NCBI GenBank assembly: GCA_023515795.1
Contig: JALGPX010000037.1
Location: forward strand, 1-64,000
From: Amoeboaphelidium occidentale
Lineage: Eukaryota
DNA length: 64,000 nt
Direction: 5' to 3'
How positions within the stretch are numbered: the stretch's first letter is position 1; every line of letters begins with the position of its first letter. Below, one piece after another: positions 49,401 through 61,365 of this stretch. Under the pieces are notes generated by a model. That model saw only the letters and a program-made list of their open reading frames with translations, ran no database searches and was not told the DNA's origin. The translations under genes were made by a program, and so were the position numbers.

Positions 49401-50215
49401 CTGTGGTTCTTCTTTTTGCGCCTTTTTCTTTTAGAGCCTGCTTAAGTGTAGAATAACGATTTTCATTTCTGCTGATAGTTGCATAGGTTTTGTCACCCAA
49501 AAAGGATAAAATACTGTCGATACCTTTGTCAGCAACCGACTTTGGCGGAAATTGAAGCGGGTTAGCTCTAACATCCAAAGACTTCAGCTTCTTGAAGTTA
49601 CAAAACTCGCTGGGTAAGAACACAATATCATTGTGACTCAAATCCAAATCCCTCAGATTCAGCAGTTCAGTCAAGCGAGGTGTTACATCAATAATCATAT
49701 TTTTAGATGCCACAAAAGTCTCTAAATCCTTGAGCACAGTTATTTCTCCTGTGATAATCTTGATCTCGTTATCTATGTATGATTTAATTGATCAAATCGG
49801 AATTGATCACTTACTGCTAATGTTCAATTCTTGCAACAGGGTCAGTTTGAATATCTGCGCAGGTATAACAGTAAGCATATTTGAACTTAGATCCAGAGAA
49901 GTAAGATTCGTAAGTTGTGATATGGAGTCGGGTAATGAAACGAGCTAAGCAAGGTCACGATCAACATCATCTTCTTGAACTTACTTCATTTTCCGATAGA
50001 TTCAAGTGAGTGAGACATGGCTGCAGTATAGTAATATTCTTTGGGAATTCCAAACCAACCAACTTCTTATTGAGATCAAGAGCAGTTCTATAATCTTCGA
50101 GGCATTTGTGGATCAGATTATGAACAATTTCTGCCCTTAAGCTTGTGGGCTTGGCCGGAAGCCCTGAAGTGCTCTTTTTCACAGGACCACTAGAAGGCTG
50201 TAATAAAGATGCCAT
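46419..50215 (-). CDS. LRR-coiled-coil-pseudokinase-degenerate HECT fusion protein
   Basis: A GT-AG intron at ~48619-48652 joins the LRR ORF to the kinase-like/HECT-like ORF; two more introns at the 5' end. Confidence 0.75.
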
Positions 50216-50305
50216 ATCAAATGTCAATCGCTGTTCTGCTAAAGTTGAACTGATCAGAAAAGTTGAAACAACCACGGAACCAGAAATCTATTGATACAAT
50301 TTACA

Positions 50306-50857
50306 TTAATCATCGATAGAATGCAACTATAGAGTCAGATCTTATGCATTTACGCTTACCGTCTTAGCTAGGCGAATGTAGTCCATAGTTTTAAATATTA
50401 AATTACTCTTTGTGCACGGTTCTTCGTCATGTTCCCATACATGAAACTTGTCAAACTCAGCTATTGCCTGGTACTGAACATTGTGATCATTAAAGGGAGA
50501 GGCGTTCTCATTATTTTCATCATTTGAACCATCTGCGCCGATCCTCTTCGCTGTTTCCTTGTAAATGCACCCTGTAACAGTCACAAGGAACGACATTCAA
50601 TTATGAAAGAACCTTTGTAGCCTTCCGGTAAGTTGGCCTCTTTAGCAAAAAGTCTTCTTCCCCTGAATGTGCTACTGACCTTTTGCTCGCCTTTAAACTC
50701 AGCATGAACGACCATTACGGTACAAACCATTTATAGTGACTTTTTCGACTATGAAGAAGCTGCTTACATTCGCAGGTCCATCGTGCTTAATTTCGCATGG
50801 CATTACATGTACCGTTTTGTTGGGTGCTTGGCCTTTTGTAATCAATGCGTCTTTCAT
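50306..50857 (-). CDS. RNASEH2C: RNase H2 subunit C
   Basis: HVMPCEIKHDGPANVSSFF, FRGRRL, LPEGYKG, VWEHD; three introns. Confidence 0.88.
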
Positions 50858-51042
50858 TACTAGAAAAGCTTGTTTCAATCGAGATACAAAAAAGGCGAGA
50901 AGTTCTGTAGACAAGATCTAAGGAGGTCGCATCTTCATTGGCGCTTCAAGAAGTCGGAAAAGTATGACCTTACTTGTCTGGCTAAATGAAGACATGCAGC
51001 GTGTTTTCTTGGTGTTGTTTCATCTTGTCGCAGCTTCCAAAG

Positions 51043-51944
51043 ATGATGTCCAATACTGTCAAAGGAAGGTAATCAACTAAAATTATCATAAAAACTGATG
51101 ATCAAGTGATGATAAGGCTAGATATGTACTTAAAAAGGTTCATGAAACTGAGAGGAATATGTCAGAGTTCAGAAAAGCTCTGCAATCATACTTGAAAACA
51201 CAAGAAAGTAGGATAGTTGCATTGATCATCACATTTATACTTTTATAGAAGTAAGAGGCAAGAGATTAAACCTTGCCCTGGCTCTTAAGGGATTCTCTGA
51301 TACTGAGACTCCTAATATAAAACAAGCACTTCTTTCATCAGCAGAAGCGTTAGTTGATATTGAAGAATACAGAAAGTATATGGTAGATTATTGATCATTA
51401 TGAACATCTTATGGATCAATTATAGCACGACAGAATCGACACTAAAGTCAATGAGCCTCTGAAACTTTACAATTCGATCTGTAAGAACTTGAAAGTACGC
51501 TTTAAACTCCCTTGAGGAGATCTGATCATACTGTTAGGATGATGTTAGAAACAGAGATCTGGCTGTCGCTAAAGAACAAAAGAAGCAGTTTGAATTCGAT
51601 AAGACTACAATTCAAGATTCTGGAAACAGAACAAAAATTTCAAAGGTGAGATTCGACGACCTAAGTCCTTATTGTTTTAGTCACAAATGGAGTTGAATAA
51701 TGCAGCTAAAGACTTGGGCCACGTCTCAGCTGCGTTCGCGGATCATGTTGAAAGCTTTCACATAAAGAAAACTTCAGACATTCAGAGTGCGTTGTACGAA
51801 ATGATATACGGTGAAATGGAATATCACGCAAAGTCTATGGAAATTCTGTCCGGCTTGCAGTCCACCATCTGCTCTTTGGAATTGGAAGCAGATGTCAGTG
51901 AAATTCGTGAAAAGATCCGCGATAAAACTTCAGCACCAAACTGA
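51043..51944 (+). CDS. FAM92: FAM92/CIBAR ciliary BAR-domain protein
   Basis: Six exons reconstruct to TETPNIKQAL...KVNEPLKLY...EMEYHAKSMEIL. Confidence 0.75.
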
Positions 51945-51998
51945 GAATTTAATATAAGAAAGGTTTTAGATAATAGTTTTTATTAGATCGTAACCTCT

Positions 51999-52619
51999 TT
52001 ACATGGAAAGTTGCATAATTGCGTTGACGATATCGTTTTCGTTATCCTTCAATGCCTTGATAGCCTTTGAGCGAGATGCAGAGGTTTGGCTCATAACCAT
52101 TTCAATATCCTTCTCTTCGACACCAGTTGCATCAACTTCTTCATCAACTTCCTCCAACTCAGGAACATCGTCGGCCTTCTCAGCACCAGCAGCACCTTCA
52201 GTTGGAGCCTTGAACTGTTGAGCAGCAGAAGCTTGCAACTGTGAGTTCAAGTCTTCTATTCTTGCTTCACCAAAGACAATGTACATATCAGAAGTTGGGC
52301 TTTTGTATACATCAGGCTTGTTGACGACGAAAAGAATGTTCTTTGGTCTATAATGTTAATAAGATCCAAAATGCGCATAAAGCAGCATTTACCTCTTCAT
52401 TGTGACACGGTCTATTCCAGGCACATGCTTAAGACCCAACTTAGAAAACACTTTACGTGCCTTCTTTTCTCCACGGGACTGCTTGTGTCCATCATGGTCA
52501 TGGTCGTGACCTTCGTGATTGTGCTCATCCTCAGATTCACTCTCTCCGTGCTTGTGCTCAACATCTTCAACGTCGTCAATGATCTCTTCGATCTTTGGTT
52601 CCTCAGCGGTAGCAGCCAT
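51999..52619 (-). CDS. NACA: NAC alpha subunit
   Basis: [30 protein letters not shown]. Confidence 0.96.
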
Positions 52620-52930
52620 CTACGGCAATTAGAGAAACGCTTCGTTTTCTTTCGACTATTACCTTTTTTATCCAAAGAAATATTCAAAGGCCGTGATTGA
52701 AAAAAATTTGATCAAATTTCGGTTCCACGCCAACGCCCTCGAAGAGGAGTTACATTCAGGTCTCTTCGAACATTAGCACGGCTTAATGATACTTAAAAAC
52801 AAGCAGGCTGGTATCCCACGCGATACCACCCATTACCATCCTGACGTTACTTTACCAGCTTGTTCAAATGATCTTGGATGTTTCGAGATATGAAGTCATG
52901 TTTATTAGTCATAGTCTGTTATAACACTCC

Positions 52931-53440
<510 letters not shown>

Positions 53441-53571
53441 CTACGCCATCAGTACATGTTCTCTATAAAACGACGCAAAGTGCACGCATTCACGAAGCAT
53501 TATGACACGGCTTAGCCCGAAATCAAAATACATCCGTGAATGCTAGTCGACTTTGCAGAAGACGTCATTAC
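53441..53571 (-). other. 131-nt 5'UTR intron of RPS27A containing a long hairpin
   Basis: GTAATG...GCGTAG|ATG; complementary arms 53475-53481/53550-53556 and 53486-53494/53535-53543. Confidence 0.7.
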
Positions 53572-53682
53572 CTTCAACGGATTTTTATAAAAGAATTGAA
53601 GTGGGTAAAATTTTTTGCTTTGGATCAACCCTAAATGATCGGCGTTGTTTCAGCCTTGCGATAGAGGAAATCGAGTATATTA

Positions 53683-54543
53683 TTAAGGCATTTTGAGCGT
53701 TGATGGATCTATGGACAGAATAGATTCCAGGTTGCTATTAGTTATATCTGGATTAGTATCCGTGGGTGGAGTAGTTTGAGAGCTTGGAGCAGCCGATGAC
53801 GGTGATGGCGCGTCCATATTAAACACGTCTTTGATGGCAGCGACTTGGTCCGGACCGTCTACATTTGCTGCACTATCAGGCGTTGGTTGTTGCGAAGCTA
53901 TTGGTGCAATTTCTTGTCCCGGAGACACTGGTTCTTCAGATTGAATAGGAGGCTGATCAACAGGTTTGTCTGAAGCTTGAGTATTATCGGATGATATTCC
54001 TACAGGAACCAGAGATGGTGCTATAGCGGGTGTAGCTTGTGGTTGTTCAGCTTGAGTAGGTGTAGTCTGGTTCACAGGTTGTTGAGGTTGTGCCGGATTA
54101 TTAACAACGACAAGAGGTTGTTGTGATTGTACTTCTTTAACTTCTTTGACCTTTTCTGAATTTGCAGCTAGGAGACCAGCTCCAAGAGCAGTAAGTCCAA
54201 CACCAACACCGCCAACTATTAAGGCAGCCTTTCCACCACGTGTTTTATGCCACGGTGTTTTCGGGACAGGATCTGTTTGAATCGACTTAGTGATCATTTT
54301 CACCTTCTTTTCTTTCGGTGGTGCAGGCCTTTCAGGTGGACGATTATCTGCGGCGCGTTGTTCTGTTCTTCTTCTCAAGGGTTGCATTTCAATCTCAACA
54401 GGTCTTCCCGCGTCTCTTGATCCCCAGTTCAAGAAATCAGTAAACTTGAAATCTTTCTTTTCACCAGTTGGGATCGCTTCCAAAGTCGATATCCACAGCT
54501 GAAGAAGAAGCAATGATATTGCAATACAATAGCTCTGTTTCAT
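53683..54543 (-). CDS. Hypothetical signal-peptide protein with internal TM and Pro/Gln/Ser-rich tail
   Basis: Hydrophobic N-terminus, AALIVGGVGVGLTALGAGLLA segment, low-complexity C-terminus. Confidence 0.65.
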   Translation of the reverse strand: MKQSYCIAISLLLLQLWISTLEAIPTGEKKDFKFTDFLNWGSRDAGRPVEIEMQPLRRRTEQRAADNRPPERPAPPKEKKVKMITKSIQTDPVPKTPWHKTRGGKAALIVGGVGVGLTALGAGLLAANSEKVKEVKEVQSQQPLVVVNNPAQPQQPVNQTTPTQAEQPQATPAIAPSLVPVGISSDNTQASDKPVDQPPIQSEEPVSPGQEIAPIASQQPTPDSAANVDGPDQVAAIKDVFNMDAPSPSSAAPSSQTTPPTDTNPDITNSNLESILSIDPSTLKMP

Positions 54544-54659
54544 TTGAACTTGAAAAAATTGTAAAGTTATCGCACCCCTGAAACCGGTCTAAATAGCATG
54601 CGATCAAAAACACGTGAACAAGACAAATCAACTTCATTAAAAAGATAATAAAGTGTCTA

Positions 54660-57091
54660 TTAACCCAGAAATTTCTTGAAGAAAGCAGATCTCTCACGTT
54701 TCGGTTCTCTCTTGTCTGTTTTTTGTACTTCGATATAAGCCATATTGTCTGCGCCAGCCAATGATTTGAGCCCAGAAGTAGACTTTCTAACTTTGGCTTT
54801 AGGACCTCTGCTGTCAGATTCCATTGGTAATTTAGATATGTCATCTGCAATCGCAACATCTTCTTCGGCATCCTTTAAATCTGCGTCTGTCGCAAGTAAA
54901 ACGTCGTTTAGTAGTTTGAGCTGTGACTGCTTAGTTGCATAAACAAGTTCATTCACGTCAACCATATGCGGATCCTTGGACTTCTTAGCGTCTTCAACAC
55001 TTGGAGGAAGACCTACAATGACTTTGAAAGCATATCCTTGGTCGATCAGAAACTGTTGTCTTTTCGTTGAATAATACATTTCTTGGGTATCTTGACTAAC
55101 AAGCGAATAGAAGAAAGCATTAAATCCCTCGTCATTTCTACGTTTAGCTCTCAAAATTCGACCAAGTCTTTGTGCTTCCTGTCGGCGTGAACCATAATGT
55201 GAAGAAATTTGAATCAAACAAGTCGCTTCAGGTAAATCAATCGAAGTATCTCCAACCTTAGAAAGAAATATAGTATTACAAGTGGGATCATTTTGGAAAT
55301 ATTGAAGAATTCTCATTCTTTCTGTTTGACTAGTAGGACCACAAATATAAGGCTTCATCAATGTTTTAGCATAACTGATCAAAGCATAAACATCGTCACT
55401 AAAGACAATTATCTTGTCGCCTCTCCTTTCATGATACTGGATTAAAAATTGACATGCCCTGAACTTGTTTGGGTTCATCACGTAAAGAAGCCTGCGTTTC
55501 CTAGATGATGCTTTCAAATACTCAGCATAGAATTCCGCAGTCATTGGACACCAGACTTCTGCACACTGAACATTAGCGATATGGCCTTTCTTCGCCAAAT
55601 CCAGCCAATTGGCTTCATAAAGCTTTGGTCCTATTAAAAAATTTAAATCTGTGATCTTGTCATCTTCTCTGACCAAAGTAGCAGTCAAACCAAGTTTTGT
55701 ATGCGCTGCAACATTTGTCAAAACTTTCCTGAAAACATTTGCAGGGACAACATGAACTTCATCCAGCAAAAGAAAACCCCATTCAACGTTTGTAATAAAA
55801 TCCATCATCTTCTGTGCCTCGTATGATCTTTTACCGGAATACGCAACCATTGTGTAAGTTGAAATAACAATACCAGCATCTCCAGAAAATTGTTCTTTAG
55901 ATTCTGATGTAAACCTTGCAATGTTATGATCTTGTACAGTAGACCAGAGTTTGAATTGAGATCTCCATTGCTCAACAGAAACAGCAGATGTACACAGAAC
56001 TAACGTGCTTTTCTTTAAAGTACAAGCCGCAGTGATTCCAACAAGTGTTTTACCAGCACCACAAGGCAAAACGATAATACCAGACCTTGATCTTCCATTA
56101 CCAAACATTTTACTAAGACACTTTTCCTGATATGGTCGAATAACAGTTGTTGGTTTCAAATCAATATCAAGATTTGGCAGCAAAGTGTCATTATGAAAGT
56201 CATACTCTTCAATTAGAGGATGATCAATATGATTACAGCGCCTCCGTAAAGTCTCAACTCCTTTTGAATTGATCTCAAAAGAATACACGCGATCTTCTTC
56301 GTCATCATCAACATTTTCATCCTCAATGTTTAGATCAGAAATGAAAATGTCTCCTGTCTTTGGGGCTTTAAGGTCTTCATCTTGTTCTACAGGAGCCCCG
56401 TTATCAGTAATCTCAACAATCTTATTCTGCTTAGCTGCACTTGATGATGTCACAGCGTCATCAGTTTCTTCCTTTACAATCAAATCTCTGATTACCTCAT
56501 CTTTCAACAATACTTGAAGAACATCCGGATAACTCGATTCAACAAAGTATCTTCCGTGCTTCAGAACTAACTTAAGTTTCCCAAAGGAACTCGTATTATC
56601 TCTAATGAATTCAACGATATTCTCCGGAACGACTGTCTTAGATAAGCGTTCTAGAACTTGAATAATGTCCTCAGTCTCTAAACCAATAGAAACAGCAGCA
56701 TAAAGCGAATATGCGGTTAGTCTGTACTCGTGTATAAAAGAAGGCCTAGACACAGGCTCGGCAATTGCAACCAAGAAATCGATGGCTTGTTCAGCAACAG
56801 GCGCAAATGCTTCCAGGTAAATGGTTCCCTCCGGCGATATCCATAGCGGTCGATTCTCATGGTCTTTCTTCAATTTCAAATCAGTACAATCAATAAACTC
56901 CTCTACATTTGAAGGTGCGCTCTTTCTGCCAGGCAATTTGACCGTTGCATGCGTTGGAACGATATCTGCCACAAAATTAGTTCAGTAACAGTTTGAGCGG
57001 TACCTTCATCATCGGAAGCGTAATCGTATTCTTCTTCATTGTCAGAATATTCCGCTGTTCTTTTCTGCTGTGTTCGTCCTCGCTTTGGCAT
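54660..57091 (-). CDS. SSL2: TFIIH helicase XPB (Ssl2/Rad25)
   Basis: [27 protein letters not shown]; one intron. Confidence 0.97.
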
Positions 57092-57220
57092 TCAGATTCA
57101 GAAAACGATTGGGTGATGTGATTCTTCAAGCCAAGACAACAAGAATCTGAGAAGTAATATCGTTTATTTTGTGGATAAATAGAGCTGCGTCTTTTATGCA
57201 GCGGTCACTGATTTTCCGGC

Positions 57221-57900
57221 TCAGACTTGCCTACTGAAACTGGGGTATCTTTCTCCGGTTAAGAAGTGATAAATTGCGATATTTGCCATGTAATTAGCTG
57301 CTGTAAAATCATTCATAACAACGAGATTCTACCCAGTTGAGATCTTGTAGTCTTTGTACTTCAGAATTCTATTTCCTTCATTCTCGGATTATGTCAAGAG
57401 GATAAGAGCTTCTTGGAGTATTTTCAGAAAGCTGTGAATGCTTCTTCTTCTTTACCAACTCTTTCTTCAACTTGATCACATCCGGTTTCATATTCTCTGT
57501 CAGTATCACTTTAACATGAACTTCATACATCTTGTTCGGTTTGAGTTTCGAATCACTCTCAGCGTGAAGTCAACGCTTTTGTGAGTTCAAACAATGTCAA
57601 GACGCACTGAACATTTATCAGCCGATATCTCCTTTACTGAAAGGAAATCTATCTGAAGATATTACTGTTTATCTGCAGATAAATCGTCGTCAAAGTCTCA
57701 AACGATACATTGACGAAGCCAGATGGTTACTATGGAAAATTCCGGACGCGAGGACTTTGATCGTGTCTTTGTTTGGTACCAAAAAGTACTAAAAAATATG
57801 ATCATTAAATATGCTTCGAGAATGTTCAAACAGATCATAAACACGCCCTGATATTCTTTACTCGTGAGTGTGCTCTGCATTTGTCTATCGGATTGTATTG
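57221..57900 (-). pseudogene. Decayed Fanzor/TnpB-like relic
   Basis: 57316-57221 reads MNDFTAANYMANIAIYHFLTGERYPSFSRQV*; upstream fragments such as SVKEISADKCSV are broken by stops and frameshifts. Confidence 0.45.
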
Positions 57901-58216
57901 TGATGAGTCTTGGTTATGTTTAACAAGTGTTTAGAATGATCAAAATAATATCGTATTCTTGATGATATAAAACTCACAACAGCTGTATTTAGATAGCTTT
58001 CACGTCTCGCCCTAGCAGGTGTTCATGTTTGATGCTTTTTCTTCGATGATTATGATCTTTGACACTTCTCGGGAACCCTGGTCTTGCGCTTACTTTAAAG
58101 GATACTAATTGCAAGTGTTTCTTGATATCTTTCTTGCAGAATCTTTAACAAACGCTCCATTTCGGAAAGCGTTGTCGATATGATGCGTGGTGCTAAACAC
58201 TTTTTCTTTGTGCAAA

Positions 58217-61200
58217 ATGACATCGGTGAGGGAGCTGCTCAAGAAATTCGAGTCAAACTCTTCTTTGCCCTCTGGATCGTCGCCATCAAAAGATCATTTA
58301 GCTGAGGGTGTCGAGAAATTGGTGATCACTACGCAAACGTCTGCACAAGAGCCTGAGAAAGTTAGCCCGCAAGAAGAAAAAGAGATTCTATCCCTTCCGC
58401 AGATGGATGTTGGCTCAGAGAAAATAGTTATTCTTCCTGATGTTGAAAGCGGTGTCAATTCTATCCTTGGGAACGGCAACAAAGTGTCGTTTGAATGGGC
58501 CGACTGGTCAAAGAAAGCGATCGCACTTCCATTCACACTTGACAATATTCCGGCGACTGATTACGGCACGATTCTTGCACGCTTACCTCAAGTTGCAAGC
58601 AATGTTGAATTAAAATTGCAGTCTTATGATGTGGTTGTTAATATCGCAGACCATTGAAAGAGTTGATGAAATTCTTGAAGGTGACTACAATTCCTCTAGA
58701 TACCGGCACTGTTGCCTGGGTAAAGGCTTACTTGGAACTGTGTAAAAAGCATAATTTTACTGAAGCATCTTCATTTGTCAGCCAGAATGTTTCATTGTTT
58801 GGTGAAGCTTTAGCAAAGGGACTAAGTGATTGTGTGGAGAATATTAAAGATGCCTCGGATCTGCAAATGGTTCGTCAAGAATTAGCGCCGTTGAAGGCTG
58901 CGTTTGATGATGAATTTATTGACAACGACGGAGTGATGGCAGACTTTAATGCAACCGTTATCAACACGGCAAATGACTTCGTTACAAAAGCTGATTTTCT
59001 TGCCCCTGTTGTTGCGATGGTTCAAGCCAGCGGGGTTGGAAAGAGCAGGGTTTGTTTGGAGCGAGGGAAGCAGTCTCTTTCAATTTATGTGTGCATGCGT
59101 GACTTTAAAAGCTCTGGCTATCCTCCCAGATCGGTTGTCGCTTCCTTATTTACACCGTCAAAGGATCACGTACGGCGTGTTTTGGGCTGTGTTTCTTCTG
59201 TCAGCACCGCTCAGTTATATGTTGCATACTATTTGAACCTCGTGATTGCCTTCATGTTGACGCTCGAAAAAATGATATCGGACGGTGCTCCATCGATAAC
59301 TTGCGAGGAGGTTCTTGATATGCAGTGTTGGAAAGAAGGCGGAAGAGATAATAATGGAAACTCCACGACGTTCTACAAGGAATTACTAGCAAAGTTTAGA
59401 TCATGGCTCTCCTTCATCAGTACCTGTGACAACAAACACATTGCCAAGTTTACTTTTGGGCATCAGCTATATTTGAAGCCGTACATGTACCTTAAAACCA
59501 TGACTCAAAAATTACGCAGCGTTTGTGATGGGAAGGGTTTGAACAGTCAGAGAATATTGACGTTTATTGTGGATGAATGTCATGTTTTGTTGAACCCTGT
59601 CGAGCCGTCCAGCCAAAGTTTTTACCATTACTTCCGAATGGCAGCAAGTTTTATGCCAAAACTGGAAAGCATGAGGCTTGCCTTTGTAGTCCTGGACACG
59701 TATGGCTCGATTTCAGACTACACACCAATCATCCTCCCCGACCAGAGTCTTCGCTTTTTGCAAAATAAGAAATTGTTCCCGTCGTTTGTCCGACTCCCAT
59801 TCCAGACTGTTGACAAGACCTCTTTGCCCAACGGGGACCTTAATTTGCTTGATTTGAAACGGTTTGGTAGATATCTTTGGAAAAGTTATGATGACGAGCA
59901 GACACTATTGCAAGTGGCCCAGGCAAAGTTGTGTGGCCCAAAGTGGATAAACGATCGTGACGCAACTGAAACTGTTTGTCTTGCAATTCTCGGTGCACGT
60001 CTTGCTGTTGATTACCATGCTCAAGAACAATTAGCGTATGATTTGGTCCGTTCGCATGGCGCCTATTTGTACTACATTACAGATGACCGTCAATACGCAA
60101 ATGTGGGCTATGTGAACGATCCCGTGCTAGCAACCGCGGCTGCAAGCGTTACTAGATTGAATGAGGATAAAGGGTTTATTACGTGGAAGCGCCTTTTGAC
60201 ATCTCTCAAAAGTTACATAGCATCTGGAATTGTTGAAGCAGGATATAAAGGCGAGTTGTTGGTCAAGTGCATATTACTAATGTGCAAAGACTCGTTTCAA
60301 GAGCCTGTTACGAAGGTCAAGGATTTTTTGAGTAGCCTGTATGGTCCGACTCGACTCGAAGCAATGAATAACGCCTTTGATTCCCAAGAAGCGGCCAAAT
60401 TACTGATGGATGGAACAATCAACTTCAACCACTTCGTCTACGTCACGGAATTGCCACCCAAGAAATTTCTCGCCCATTACTATTCTTTGCGAATGGGAAT
60501 CTTTTGCAAGAGAAACCAGGAACTGGTTGACTTGATGATTGTAGTGAAGTTGGGGAATGGTGAATATAGTCTGATGCTAGTTCAGGTAAAAAATTACGAG
60601 AAAGGACTGGGTCTTCCGCAGGTTCCCGAAAATATTGTGGACAATCTTTACAGTCAAACGAGGTATGCAGACACGAATCTTTTGAGCAAGAAGATCTCAG
60701 ATGCCAAGGCCAGCTTTCAGCTGGACCTTCCAATGCTCACCAATTTGAAAGGCTTCTGCAAAAATGCTGCAAGCGAAATTGAGTCCAAAATCCGATCCAG
60801 AAGCATCAAGACCAAAGAGGAGCTTGAACTGGTGATCGATGTCATTTTTGAGCCCGCAAAACACAACGCCTTACACGATAAACCTCGGCAAAGCAGCCTG
60901 AAAACGATGTTCTCTCAATGTTTTGCCGATGCTTTGCCACCGGAAGGAACCACCGCTGATGAGCTGAAAAAGAAACTCCAACTGGTGAGGCTCCCACATG
61001 ATTTTGGAGCTCCGTATATGTACCTCTTTTTTCAAGTTGGATCAGATGAGATGGATTGGAGTCTACTTGGTCGGGATGCGAGCAGCAGCACTATTGTATT
61101 CTCGGGTGAGTCACGCGATAATTTGCCAAAGAACAGCGCATGGGCAGGGAGCTTTGGGGTTTCGAAAGAGGTGTTTAACTTTTTGGAAAGTTACCCAGAT

Positions 61201-61365
61201 TATGTTGACTTACTTTGTTCGTTGCGACTATCCTGGTTTGATCCGAAACAGTCACTTGCTAGATTAGTCGATTCGAACCGCATCGAAATGAATCAGCAAG
61301 CTTTCACGACTGCTAATCGGGTTATTGACTCGGTCTTGTTTGCGACTAGCAACAAATGGGAGTGA
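58217..61365 (+). CDS. Crinkler-type P-loop NTPase + PD-(D/E)xK (REase-like) nuclease protein
   Basis: QASGVGKSR Walker A, FIVDE Walker B, GYPPRS, GELLVK, NFNHF, NQELVDL...LVQVKN; the two ORFs can be joined by a 29-nt GT-AG intron at 58621-58649. Confidence 0.75.

Noticed and set aside
52860..52920. U3 snoRNA suggested by GATCATTT on the minus strand
   Set aside because: No recognisable B, C or D boxes follow.
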